A DNA stretch of 64,000 nt from a virus, in IMG/VR virus record IMGVR_UViG_3300045541_000163, one strand, 5' to 3'. How positions within the stretch are numbered: position 1 is the first letter of the stretch; each line of letters begins with the position of its first letter. Below the pieces are notes generated by a model that ran no database searches, was not told where the DNA came from, and saw only the letters and a list, made by a program, of their open reading frames with translations. The translations under genes and the position numbers were made by a program. Shown piece by piece: positions 9,360-20,900 of the stretch.

Positions 9360-9913
9360 TTAATATTTTTTAGCAGTAATTTTTTAATTGGTTTAGTAGC
9401 AGTTGGGGCAGAAGTTTCGGGAGCACTTTGAGTAATGCCTACCAATTCCTCAGCATCCTGTGTAGCAGTTTTAATAGTGTTTGCTAGCTTAACACAGATT
9501 TGTGTACTCTTGATATAAAGCTCTTCAGGTAATTGAGCCATTTTTAACATAGTTTCGTAAGATACTTTGCCGTATGTAAGAATTTCAATGGCTGCAATTT
9601 TTCCAAGATGATCAGTCCAATAGTCTTTTTCAACTAATTGCCAATTACTAACAGCGGCTGTAAGTTGCTCTTCATTTTGATCTTCTAGTAATTTTACTAA
9701 GGTATCGCGCTCTTCAATTAATTGATTTTTTTCAAATGTTCTTGTTTCTGTTTCAAGGTCGCTGTCAATTTTTCTAATTCTATTAATTGTAGTGATTATA
9801 AATCTAGCATAGCTAGACCCGCCTTTTTTATGGAAATTATCAATTTCAAATTCACTGATAAGATTGTACGGACAGTTTTTAAATAAAGAATTCATTTTAT
9901 CGAGCGGAGTCAT
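9356..9913 (-). CDS. Hypothetical helical protein
   Basis: Intact ORF with GAGGT RBS and a late promoter; ATGA overlap with the next gene. Confidence 0.75.
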   Translation of the reverse strand: MTPLDKMNSLFKNCPYNLISEFEIDNFHKKGGSSYARFIITTINRIRKIDSDLETETRTFEKNQLIEERDTLVKLLEDQNEEQLTAAVSNWQLVEKDYWTDHLGKIAAIEILTYGKVSYETMLKMAQLPEELYIKSTQICVKLANTIKTATQDAEELVGITQSAPETSAPTATKPIKKLLLKNIK

Positions 9914-9948
9914 AAAAATACCTCAAACTATAGTTTGAGGTATTTATT
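9914..9948 (-). terminator. Hairpin/terminator containing a late promoter (AATAAATA) and the RBS of the next gene
   Basis: 13-bp perfect stem 9916-9928/9933-9945 with TATA loop. Promoter at 9948-9941; GAGGT in the 3' arm; U tract then ATG at 9913. Confidence 0.78.
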
Positions 9949-9965
9949 AAATTTAACCTAATTTA

Positions 9966-10160
9966 TTAATATGTGTAAGGAGTTGTAGCGCCACCAAATG
10001 TAGAACTCATGCTAATTTGATTCCCTGCTGCTACACCTTTGTAGGGACCAAGAGTTGCACTTAATGAAATATTTGCGCCAGCTGAAGCTGTTGTATTTGT
10101 ATAAGCTTTGTAAACACGACCCATTGTCATTTCTGAACCAGTTGCAGGCAATAAAGGCAT
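9966..10160 (-). CDS. Small fibre-associated protein (64 aa)
   Basis: GGAG RBS and GATAAATA late promoter at 10190-10183; Gly/Ser/Thr-rich; lies in the fibre cluster. Confidence 0.72.
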   Translation of the reverse strand: MPLLPATGSEMTMGRVYKAYTNTTASAGANISLSATLGPYKGVAAGNQISMSSTFGGATTPYTY

Positions 10161-10198
10161 AAAAGTCTCCTAATTCAATGTTTATTTATCTATTTTCG

Positions 10199-10834
10199 TT
10201 AATATGAGCCGCCATCTACGGTCATATCATCAATTCCTAAATTGGTTCTTGCTGCAGATGCAGTACTAGCTCCGGTGCCACCGTAAGCTATGCCAATGTT
10301 TGTTGCCGTCCAAGTTCCAGTTGTAACTGTACCCAAACTAGTAATTGCTGGACTAATTTTAGTAGGATCTAATGTACTGTTTGCGGTTAATATTTCATAA
10401 TAATTTGTGCCGTTTTTAGTTAGTTCCCAATGATCGTAAGTTTCGTTCCAATGAATTCCAACTGTAGGACTAGCTCCTCTATTTACTTCAACACCGGCGT
10501 CGACTATTGGTTGCCCTTGTGCATTCGAATTAAGAGTCAAAGTAACAATATTATCTTCGATTACTAAATTTTGAGTAGTTAAAGTAATGGTATCGCCAGT
10601 AACAATAATGTCGCCACCAACTGTTAAATTTCCGCTAGTTGTCAGGGTAGAAACAGATAAGTTTGTTATAGTGTTTTGACTGGCACTAGTAATACGACCG
10701 TCACTATCAACAGTAAATTGCGGAATCGCCGATTGTGATCCATAAGTTCCGGCCGAGACTCCAGTTGCGGCTAATTCATCGGCAGCTACAGCACCGGTGC
10801 CAATAGAATTTACATTTAATCGAGTTAAGGCCAT
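10199..10834 (-). CDS. Short fibre-type structural protein (211 aa) sharing modules with the 2613-aa protein
   Basis: MALTR N-terminus, GTYGS..FTVD..GRITSAS and GNLTV..DN..TL..AGVEVNRG modules, DGGSY C-terminus. Confidence 0.8.
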   Translation of the reverse strand: MALTRLNVNSIGTGAVAADELAATGVSAGTYGSQSAIPQFTVDSDGRITSASQNTITNLSVSTLTTSGNLTVGGDIIVTGDTITLTTQNLVIEDNIVTLTLNSNAQGQPIVDAGVEVNRGASPTVGIHWNETYDHWELTKNGTNYYEILTANSTLDPTKISPAITSLGTVTTGTWTATNIGIAYGGTGASTASAARTNLGIDDMTVDGGSY

Positions 10835-10855
10835 TTATTAATCCAATATTAGTAA

Positions 10856-10889
10856 TATTTATCAAAATGAAAGGGCCCCTGGGCCCTTT
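10856..10889 (-). terminator. Intrinsic terminator followed by late promoter GATAAATA
   Basis: AAAGGGCC/GGCCCTTT stem at 10870-10889, then TCATTTT and GATAAATA (10863-10856). Confidence 0.82.
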
Positions 10890-10914
10890 CTAAGTTGTAA
10901 TTATTTGTTAATAA

Positions 10915-13900
10915 TTATAGTGTTTTGGATCCACCAAGTTGAGCTTCTAAGCTTTCTACCTTGTCGTTAAGTTCCTTGATTGCTTCTACTAATAGAGCAA
11001 CAATCTTTTCGTACTTAACTGTCATGTAGTCTTCACCGCTCTTGCTGACTTCTTTGCCGTCTTTTACAGCAATGTCGAATGGAGCAGGAACAACTACTTC
11101 TGGTAGAACTGCCTTAACATCTTGCGCTAATAGACCAACTTGTGTTTCTTTGTTGGTATAACCAAAACTTTCAGCTACATCGTTGGCGTTGTAAGTAACA
11201 CCGTGTAGAGCCAATGTCTTAGCAAGAGCATTTTCGATTGGCTTGATGTTTTCCTTTAGACGCTTGTCTGAGTAGTAAGCTGTAATTTCGTTTGTAGCAC
11301 GAATTTGACCAGCTGTTCCAGAACCTGCTGTGCCAACGCCTAAGCTGTTAAACTGGACGTTGCTGGCTGTGCCAACTGCTTGTCCAATGCTAACTGCTGT
11401 ACCGCTAACACTAACACCAGTACCTGCGGTAACAACAGTAATATCAGCACTACCGTTAAAGCTTACGCCTTGAATGTTTCTAGCAGTAGCTAGTGTTGTT
11501 GCTGTAGTAGCATTGCCGCTTAGAGCAGCAGTAACAGTACCTGCTGTAAAGTTTCCGCTAGCGTCACGAGCAACGATTGTGCTGCCTGTATTAGCACTTG
11601 TAGCATTACTTGTTACAGTGAATGTAGCAGCACCAGAACCATTATATGTAGCAGAACCACTTAGGCCAGTTCCAGACACGCCCATTGTCAATGTGTCTAA
11701 GTTTGTGCCTAGTGTCTTGCCAGAAATTGTACTTGCAGCCAACTTGCTTACAGCAATAGCAGCACTAGCACTGATGTCACCGTTAACGATAGTACCGTCT
11801 GCAATCATTGTGCTTGTAACTGTACCGCTGTCGCCAGTTGTAACAATTGTACCAGTTGTTGCTGGAATAGTTAATACTGTACCAGTACCTACCGCAGCAG
11901 TTGGTACTAATTGTACTGTACCACTTGTGCTGCCTGGCAATGTCACACTACTGATACCTGTTAGTGCCAAGTTACCACTTGCGCGGTTTAAAGCAACTGA
12001 TGTTGTACCAATGTTAACACTGGAGTTACCTAATACTGAAGAAGGAATAGTTCCTGTTAGGTTAGCGGCTGTTAAGTTGGTTAGGTTAGCACCGGATACA
12101 GCGCCAAATGAGCCACTCCAAGTACCGCTGGTAATTGTACCGACGCTGGTTAAGCTAGAAGCAGTAACACCGGAACCTAATGTAGATGCACTCAAAACTG
12201 ATGTACCATTGATTTCGTATACCTTGCCGCTAGCAAGGTTGAAGTCTTCCGAAGAAGTCCAACCAACTGACGACCAAGTAATAGTCTTATCGGTGGCGCC
12301 TTTTAGAACAATACCGCCGCCGTTAGCAGTAACATCTGTTGGGCTTGCTACAGAACCTAGTTCGAATGTAATGTCATCAACGCTAACTACAGTGCTGTTA
12401 ATTGTAGTTGTTGTACCGTTAACAGTTAAGTCACCGCCAACTACTAAGTTTCCACTTGTGCTAAGAGCAGCAAAGTTGGCAGTACCAGTAAATGTTGGGC
12501 TAGCAGAAAGAACCATGCTACCAGTACCCGTCACCGAATTGGACAATGTAGTTCCAGCATAAGTCATTGTAGTGATAGTTGGACTTGTCAATGTCTTGTT
12601 AGTTAATGTTTGTGTGCCAGTTAATGTAGCAACAGTGCTGTCAATAGCAATAGTAACTGCTGAACTACCGTTGAAGCTTGTGCCGCTTAGACCTGTACCA
12701 ATTGTCAATGCATTGGTTGTGTTAGATGTAACAGTTGTACTACCGCCTAAACTTACAGCGTTACCGTTAATTGTAATGCTGCTATTTGCTAGTTTAGCAT
12801 TGGCAATACTACCAGCTAACATTGTATTAGTAACAGTGCCACTATCGCCAGTTGTAATCACTGTACCAGTTACATCAGGTAGAGTAATTGTGCGGTCTGC
12901 TGTGGGATCTGTAACTGTTAGAGTAGTTTCAAAATCGTTAGCAGTGGCACCTTCAAAAATAATGCTGCCATCGTTTAAGAACAAGCTAGTAACTGTAGGA
13001 CTACTAATTGTTGGAGCAGTTAGAGTCTTGTTAGTTAATGTTTGGCTACCTGTTAATGTAGCAACTGTAGAATCAATAGCAATAGTAACTGCGCCAGAAC
13101 CGTTATAGCTAGTACCGCTTAGACCTGTGCCAATTGTCAATGCATCTAAGTTTGTTCCTAATGCTTTGCCGCTGATTGTGCTGTTAGCTAGTTTAGCATT
13201 AGCAATGCTACCAGCCAACATTGTGTTAGTAACAGTACCAGTGTCGCCTGTTGTAACTACTGTACCGGTTAAATCTGGGAAAGTAATTGTACGATCGGCT
13301 GTTGGATCTGTAAATGCTAGTGTTGTTTCAAATGCGTCGGCAGTTGCACCTTCAATAGTAATGCTACCGTCGGTGATGGTTAAAGCACTAATATTTGGAG
13401 CAGTTAGTGTCTTATTGGTTAATGTTTGGCTACCTGTTAATGTAGCAACTGAACTATCGATTGCAATTGTAACTGCTGAGCCGCCATCGAAGCTTGTACC
13501 GCTTAGACCAGTGCCAATTGTCAATGCGTTAGTTGTGCTGGCTTTAACGGTAATGTTAGCAGAACCATCAAAGCTTACACCGTTGATGTTACGAGCAGTT
13601 TGTAGTGTAGTTGCTGTACTTGCGTTACCCGTTAGCGCACCGGTAAAGCCTGTAGAAGTAACACTGGTTAGACCTGCTAGTGTTGTTGCTGTTCCGCCTA
13701 AGCTGATTGCTGTAGAGCCAACTGTAACAGAGCTGTTAGTTAGACTTGAGTTACCAATATTGCTTAGTGTGTTGCTTGAACCGCTGATTGTCTTGTTGGT
13801 TAAAGTTTCTGTACCGGCTAGAGTGGCCAATGTACCAGTTGTCGGTAATGTTACGTTGGTAGCACCAGTTGCTGTTAATGTTGTAGCAAAAGCGCCGCTA

Positions 13901-14880
13901 GTTGTAAAGTTGCCACCTAGAGTAATTGTCTTGCCGCTGTTGTTTACACCAGTACCGCCATAAGCAGCGCCAATAATTGTACCTTGCCATGTACCAGTAC
14001 CAATTGTACCAACACTTGTTAAACTAGAACCAGTAACACCAGAACCCAGTGTAGTTGCGTTTAATACGCTTGTGCCGCCAATGTAAAATGCTTTGCCGCT
14101 GGCCAAGTCTAAGTGTTCGCTTGATGTCCAAGCGTCTGATGCATCAACCCAATTGAATGTTTTGTCTGTTGTGCCTTTTAGTGTAAGACCGCCGCCATCA
14201 GCAGTTGCATCATCTGGACTGGCTGTATCACCTAATACTAAATTCTTGTCGTCAACTGCTACTGTTGTGCTGTTGATTGTGGTTGTTGTACCGTTAACTG
14301 TTAGGTTACCAGTAATAGTTGCGTTGCCACCTACACTGATATTGCCCGAAGTTGTTAAACTTGTAGCACTAGCAACACCTAAAGTTGGTGTTACAAGCGT
14401 TGGACTGTTAGCAAATACTAAAGCGCCTGTACCAGTTTCGTCTGTTACTGCGGATGCTAAGTTAGCACTGCTTGGTGTAGCTAAAAATGTAGCAACACCT
14501 GTACCTAAACCACTAATACCTGTGCTTACTGGAAGACCAGTAGCATTAGTTAGTGTCAATGCACTCGGTGTACCTAAATTTGGAGTTGTTAAAACTGGAC
14601 TTGTTAAAGTCTTATTTGTTAATGTTTGTGTATCTGTTAAAGTAACGACAGTATTATCAATAGCAATAGTACCACTGCTGTATGTAATACCACTACCACC
14701 ACTCAGGTGTGCATCAACTCTTGCATCACGATAGCTAACTTCAACTACAGAGCCATCGCCTTTTTCCATGAAAACTTTGCCGTCTGCGGTATTGAGTGCT
14801 AATTCGCCTAAAGCTAGCTGTGCTGCTGTAGGTGTTGCGCCTGTTGTACTACTGCGCTTATGTAAAATTGTATTTGCCAT
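10915..14880 (-). CDS. Long tail fibre (1321 aa) with C-terminal intramolecular chaperone (peptidase S74-type)
   Basis: N-terminal ILHKRSS...[13 protein letters not shown] anchor, internal duplicated modules, C-terminal [11 protein letters not shown]...[17 protein letters not shown] coiled coil. Confidence 0.88.
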   Translation of the reverse strand: MANTILHKRSSTTGATPTAAQLALGELALNTADGKVFMEKGDGSVVEVSYRDARVDAHLSGGSGITYSSGTIAIDNTVVTLTDTQTLTNKTLTSPVLTTPNLGTPSALTLTNATGLPVSTGISGLGTGVATFLATPSSANLASAVTDETGTGALVFANSPTLVTPTLGVASATSLTTSGNISVGGNATITGNLTVNGTTTTINSTTVAVDDKNLVLGDTASPDDATADGGGLTLKGTTDKTFNWVDASDAWTSSEHLDLASGKAFYIGGTSVLNATTLGSGVTGSSLTSVGTIGTGTWQGTIIGAAYGGTGVNNSGKTITLGGNFTTSGAFATTLTATGATNVTLPTTGTLATLAGTETLTNKTISGSSNTLSNIGNSSLTNSSVTVGSTAISLGGTATTLAGLTSVTSTGFTGALTGNASTATTLQTARNINGVSFDGSANITVKASTTNALTIGTGLSGTSFDGGSAVTIAIDSSVATLTGSQTLTNKTLTAPNISALTITDGSITIEGATADAFETTLAFTDPTADRTITFPDLTGTVVTTGDTGTVTNTMLAGSIANAKLANSTISGKALGTNLDALTIGTGLSGTSYNGSGAVTIAIDSTVATLTGSQTLTNKTLTAPTISSPTVTSLFLNDGSIIFEGATANDFETTLTVTDPTADRTITLPDVTGTVITTGDSGTVTNTMLAGSIANAKLANSSITINGNAVSLGGSTTVTSNTTNALTIGTGLSGTSFNGSSAVTIAIDSTVATLTGTQTLTNKTLTSPTITTMTYAGTTLSNSVTGTGSMVLSASPTFTGTANFAALSTSGNLVVGGDLTVNGTTTTINSTVVSVDDITFELGSVASPTDVTANGGGIVLKGATDKTITWSSVGWTSSEDFNLASGKVYEINGTSVLSASTLGSGVTASSLTSVGTITSGTWSGSFGAVSGANLTNLTAANLTGTIPSSVLGNSSVNIGTTSVALNRASGNLALTGISSVTLPGSTSGTVQLVPTAAVGTGTVLTIPATTGTIVTTGDSGTVTSTMIADGTIVNGDISASAAIAVSKLAASTISGKTLGTNLDTLTMGVSGTGLSGSATYNGSGAATFTVTSNATSANTGSTIVARDASGNFTAGTVTAALSGNATTATTLATARNIQGVSFNGSADITVVTAGTGVSVSGTAVSIGQAVGTASNVQFNSLGVGTAGSGTAGQIRATNEITAYYSDKRLKENIKPIENALAKTLALHGVTYNANDVAESFGYTNKETQVGLLAQDVKAVLPEVVVPAPFDIAVKDGKEVSKSGEDYMTVKYEKIVALLVEAIKELNDKVESLEAQLGGSKTL

Positions 14881-14896
14881 TTTAATTCCTTTTTAT

Positions 14897-14990
14897 GGGT
14901 CAGGATTATTTATATAATCGCCCTGCGGGTCAGGTTAACTCAGTTAACGCCCTACGGGTCAGGTTGGGGAGTTGCCTCCCCAACGCCCTA
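14897..14990 (-). repeat. Tandem array of three hairpins with constant base AGGGC...CUGACCC and variable apical stems
   Basis: Plus strand GGGTCAG at 14897, 14927 and 14956, and GCCCT at 14920, 14949 and 14985, each pair flanking a different perfect inverted repeat. Confidence 0.92.
14907..14914 (-). promoter_or_regulatory. Perfect T4-type late promoter TATAAATA inside the last hairpin of the array
   Basis: Minus strand TATAAATA at 14914-14907, 26 nt upstream of the fibre ATG; AAGGA RBS in between. Confidence 0.8.
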
Positions 14991-17900
14991 TTAGAAACTA
15001 CCTCCATCAATGCTGATATCAGGATCTAATGTTGTACCTAAATCAACTGCAACAGGATCTCCATTGGCATCAAGGAATCTGACTGCATTTGCAACATTGT
15101 CCCACTTGATTTGAGCATCACCAAGATAAATTGTATTGCCAGCTAGGTATAGATCTCTCCAACGCTTGCTTGCACTACCTAAGTCGAATGTGATGTCAGT
15201 TGCAGGAATAATGTTACTGTTTAGAGTACCATTGCCCATCAATGTCTTAACACGAGTGTCGGTGTAGTAGAAGTTTGAACTACCTTCAGCAATGTCGTCT
15301 GTGCTGTTTGGTGCTGGACTAAACACGCCTGTTGAGAAGTCAATAACTTCAACAATTTCACCGTTTTGTGGAGTACCACCTAGTGTTAGTGTTGTGCCAC
15401 TTACGCTGAATGTGTCGCCACCTTGTGGAACACCAGATACTGTAACGATCAAGAAATCGCGACCTTCTGGAGCGTTGTTTAGTGTAAAGCTAGAACTTGT
15501 ACCGTTAGCAGTAAAACGTTGACGACGCATTTGGAAGCCGCCGCTGATACTTGGTTCCCAAGAACTTGTAGTTGCGTTCCAACGAATTGTGTCACCGTCT
15601 TGCAATCCAGTTAAGTCAACATCACCGATATCGTCTAAGATATGGTTGCTAATGTCAGTAACTTGACCTGTAACGTTGCCAGTTAAGTCGCCAACAAATC
15701 CAGTTGAAGCTGTAATTGTTGTACCATTCACTGTAGTAAATGTGCCAGCAGCAGCGGTTGATGCACCAATTACTGTGCCATCGATGTCACCGCCGTTAAT
15801 GTCAACTGTAGCAAATGTACTTGTACCGCTACTTGTTACGTTACCAGTCAAGTCGCCAGTTACATTACCAGTTACGTTACCAGTCAAGTCGCCAGTTACG
15901 TTACCAGTCACATTACCAGTTAAGTCACCAGTTACATTACCTGTTACATCACCAGTCAAGTCGCCAGTTACATCACCAGTTACATCACCAGTCAAGTCGC
16001 CTGTGAAGCCTGTTGTAGCTGTGATTGTTGTACCAGTTACTGCGGCTGCTACTGTAGCACCAATTATAGTTCCGTCAATGTCACCACCGTTGATGTCAAC
16101 TGTAGCAAATGTGCTTGTACCGCTACTTGTTACATTACCTGTCAAGTCACCTGTTACGTTACCAGTTACATTACCAGTTACGTCGCCAGTTACATCACCA
16201 GTTAAGTCACCAGTTACGTCGCCAGTTAGGTCACCAGTAAAGCCTGTTGTAGCTGTGATTGTTGTACCAGTTACTGCGGCTGCTACTGTAGCGCCAATTA
16301 TAGTTCCGTCAATATCGCCGCCATTAATGTCAACGGTAGCAAATGTGCTTGTACCAGAGCTTGTAATGTTACCAGTTACATCACCAGTTAAGTTACCTGT
16401 TACATTACCGGTTACGTCGCCAGTTACATCACCAGTTAAGTCACCAGTTACGTCGCCAGTTAGGTCACCAGTAAAGCCTGTTGTAGCTGTGATTGTTGTA
16501 CCAGTTACAGCAGCAGCGGTTGTTGCACCAATTACGGTGCCGTCGATGTTACCACCGTTGATATCAACGGTAGCAAATGTGCTTGTACCAGAACTTGTAA
16601 TATTACCAGTTACATCACCAGTTAGGTTACCAGTTACATTACCTGTTACATCGCCGGTTACATCACCAGTTACGTCGCCAGTCAGGTCACCAGTAAAGCC
16701 TGTTGTAGCTGTGATTGTTGTACCAGTTACGGCAGCAGCGGTTGTTGCACCAATTACAGTGCCGTCAATATTACCGCCGTTGATATCAACAGTAGCAAAT
16801 GTACTTGTACCACTGCTTGTAATATTACCAGTTACATCACCAGTTAGGTTACCAGTTACATTACCAGTTACATTACCAGTTAAATCACCAGTTACATCGC
16901 CAGTTACATCACCAGTTACATCGCCAGTTAGGTCGCCTGTAAAGCCAGTAGTAGCTGTGATTGTTGTACCAGTTACTGCTGCTGCACTTGTAGCACCAAT
17001 TACTGTGCCGTCGATGTTGCCGCCGTTAATGTCAACTGTAGCAAATGTGCTTGTGCCACTGCTTGTAATATTACCAGTTACGTCGCCAGTTAAGTTACCT
17101 GTTACGTTACCAGTTACATCACCAGTTAAGTCACCAGTCACATCACCAGTCACATCACCAGTTAAGTCGCCAGTGAAGCCTGTTGTGGCTGTGATTGTTG
17201 TACCAGTTACGGCAGCCGGTGTAGTACCACCGATTACTGTACCATCGATATTACCGCCGTTAATGTCAACTGTAGCAAATGTGCTTGTGCCACTGCTTGT
17301 AATATTACCAGTTACGTCGCCAGTTAAGTTACCTGTTACGTTACCAGTTACATCACCAGTTACATCACCAGTCAAGTCACCAGTTACATCGCCTGTCAAA
17401 TCACCAGTGAAGCCTGTTGTAGCTGTGATTGTTGATGCGTTGATATCGGCATCGGCTGTTCCAACCAAGAAGTTCCAAGTATCTGTAGTTTCATCCCAAA
17501 CTAACTTAGCATCATCTGATGTACCTCTGTCGACTTCAATACCTGCTGTTCCGGCTGTTACGCCTGCGCCAGCTTCACCCTTGTTTAGAGTGATAATGTT
17601 GTCGTTGATTTCTGTGTTAGTTGTTTGTAAGCTTGTTAATGTACCTTGTACAGTTAAGTTACCACCAATAGATACATCACCTGTTGTAGTAATATCAACA
17701 ACACCAGCAATATTTCCAGTAATTGTTAGATCATTTCCAATTGTAACATCGCTTGGTAAACCAATTGTAATTGTTTGACCGCTTACGCTTGTTTCAATTT
17801 CATTGGCTGTACCAGAAAGTGTTAATGTATCTGTAGCAAAACTTACTGTGCTTGGGCCACCTGTATCGCCATCGATAGTCAAGCTATCAATAGCATTTAA

Positions 17901-20900
17901 GCTGTCATCAACATACTTTTTAGTAGCAGCATCTTGATTGCTTGTTGGATCAACAACATTACTAATTGTGCTTGTACCCGCATCAATTATACCGCTTGCT
18001 GGATTTAGAACAATGTCACCACTTGTTGTAGAAATAGTGTCAGTGCTGAAATCCATATTAGCAATAGAACCAGTTGTTGCTGTAATGTCGCCAACTGTTA
18101 GCGCATCACTTGCGCTGTCGTATGTCATACCAGCATCGTCGACTAATGCGCCGCCTGCACCTACTACAACAACACGACCTGCTGTTAAGCTACTTGCTGA
18201 TAAGTTTGTAGCATCTACATCAGTAGCAGTAACATTAGTTACGCTTAATGTGTCAGTAGCACTGTCAAATGTGAAGTTTGCATCATCGCTTAATAAACCT
18301 GCATTACCGGCAAATGTTACACGAGTTGCTGTTAGTGCGCTGTTAGTGATAGTAGCAGCAGTTAAACTTGTTGTTGCATCAACAGTTGTAAATGTACCGG
18401 CAGCGGCAGTTGTTGCACCAATTACTGTGCCATCAACGTTACCGCCATTGATGTCAACTGTAGCGAATGTGCTTGTGCCACTACTTGTAATGTTACCAGT
18501 TACATCGCCAGTTAAGTTACCTGTTACATTGCCGGTTACATTACCAGTTACGTTACCAGTTACATCACCAGTTACATCGCCAGTTAGATCACCAGTTACA
18601 TCGCCAGTTAGATCACCAGTAAATCCAGTTGAAGCTGTAATTGTTGTACCGTTAACGGTTGTGAATGTACCAGCTGCGGCAGTTGTAGCACCGATTACAG
18701 TGCCGTCAATATTACCGCCATTAATGTCGACTGTAGCAAATGTGCTTATGCCTGCACTTGTTACATCACCAGTTAAGTCGCCAGTTACGTTACCAGTTAC
18801 ATTACCAGTTACATCACCAGTCAAGTCGCCAGTTACGTCACCAGTCAAGTCGCCAGTAAATCCAGTCGAAGCTGTAATTGTTGTACCGTTAACGGTTGTG
18901 AATGTACCAGCTGCGGCAGTTGTAGCACCAATGGTAGTACCGTCAATATTACCGCCATTGATATCTACAGTAGCAAAAGTGCTTATACCTGCACTTGTTA
19001 CATCACCAGTTAAGTCGCCGGTTACGTTACCAGTTACATTACCTGTTAGGTCACCAGTTACATCGCCAGTTACGTCACCAGTTAAGTCACCTGTGAAGCC
19101 AGTTGAAGCTGTAATTGTTGTACCGTTAACGGTTGTGAATGTACCAGCAGCAGCAGTTGTAGCACCAATTGTAGTACCGTCAATATTGCCGCCGTTAATA
19201 TCAATTGTAGCAAAAGTGCTTATGCCTGCACTTGTTACATCGCCGGTTAAGTCGCCGGTTACGTTACCTGTTACATTACCAGTTAAGTCGCCGGTTACAT
19301 CGCCAGTTACATCGCCAGTTAGGTCACCTGTGAAGCCAGTTGAAGCTGTAATTGTTGTACCGGTTATGGCTGCGGCACTTGTAGCACCAATTACTGTACC
19401 ATCGATATTACCGCCGTTAATGTCAACTGTAGCAAAAGTACTTGTACCACTGCTTGTAATATTACCGGTTACATCACCAGTTAGGTTACCTGTTACGTTA
19501 CCAGTTACGTCACCTGTTAAATCAGCAGTTACATTTGGTACTGTCAGTGTACTTGTACCGCTGTTGAATGTTAAATCGCTGCTGTCGCTTAGTAAACCAT
19601 TTGTGCTAGCAAATGTTACACGACCAGAAGTTAATGTGCCAACTGTTACACCGTTAACAGTTGTTAAACTATCGGCAGTAATATCTTCGGCACCAATATC
19701 GCCGGCGTTGAATGCACCATTTGCGTCACGACTTACAATAGTTCCAGCTGTATTTGATGGAGTAGCATCACTAGTTAATGTTACAACACCGTAGTTTGTG
19801 TTTACGCTAATACCAACACCGCTGGTGCTTAAACTTGTTACACCATCGTTTTGAATTGTAATAGCATCAGTTGTTGGGTCTGTACTTAAACTAATAGCTG
19901 TACCACCAACAAGTGTTAGTGTATCATCAGGAGTATCGGCTGCAACTGTTGTTTGGCCGCTGACTGCAACATACTTGAATGCGTTTAGACCAGCATTGGT
20001 AATTGTAATTTCTTTTGTAGTATTGTCTGTTGTTAGTGTAACACCAGTACCGGCTACAAGAGTCAATGTTTCAGTATTAGAAGCCGCTGTAACAGTTGTT
20101 TCGCCTGCGACAGCAATGCTCTTGAAGATCATCTGATCACTACCCTTGTCATCGTTAGTGATTGTTGGAGTAGAACCTTCACCGCCTGTGTTGCTAATTT
20201 GAATACCAACACCTGCAATTAGATCTTCGACATAGTCACCGGTTGTATCTGTACCTAGTGCTACACTGTCTGGTTCGATGGTAACTGTTAATGTTTCATT
20301 GCTGCTACCGTCAATTGTTACGCTACCGCTTAGGTCACCTGCTAATGTAATTGTACGAGCAGTTTCCCATGTACTAGCTGTGCTAGCATTACCGACCAAA
20401 TCAGCTGTAATTGTACCTGCTGTAAAGTCACCGCTGCCGTCACGAGCAACAATAGTACCAGCTGTATTAGCAGAAGTTGCATCACTGGTAATTGTAATAG
20501 CTCCAGTACTTGAGTTGATGCTTAGACCTGTACCGCTAACCGCAGCACTAGTTACACCGTCGTTAGTAAATGTAATTGTGTCTGTTAAAGCATCAGTGGT
20601 GATTGTTAAACCTGTGCTACCAGCAAAAGTTACAGTGTCACTGGCTTGGTCAGCACTAACAGTAGTTTGGCCGCTGACTGCAAAATTACTGTAAGCTTCG
20701 GCACCTGGAACACTGAAACTTAGTGTATCTGCGCCGTCGTCGTATGTTACGCTTACGTTTGTGTGAGTAGCACTAGTAATCATTAGTGCCGCAGCATCAC
20801 GAACTGCTTCGTCAAAGTCTGTAACTGCTGTGCTTGGGATGGCGATTGAAGCGATACCAGCTGCGGTTAAACGACCTTTGCTATCAACTGTGAATGTTGC

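Noticed and set aside
14897-14990. CRISPR mini-array, TIGR array or kink-turn interpretation of the triple hairpin
   Set aside because: The variable parts are self-complementary stems of 15-22 nt rather than spacers; no cas or Nop-domain gene is nearby; CUGA lacks the opposing GA needed for a k-turn.
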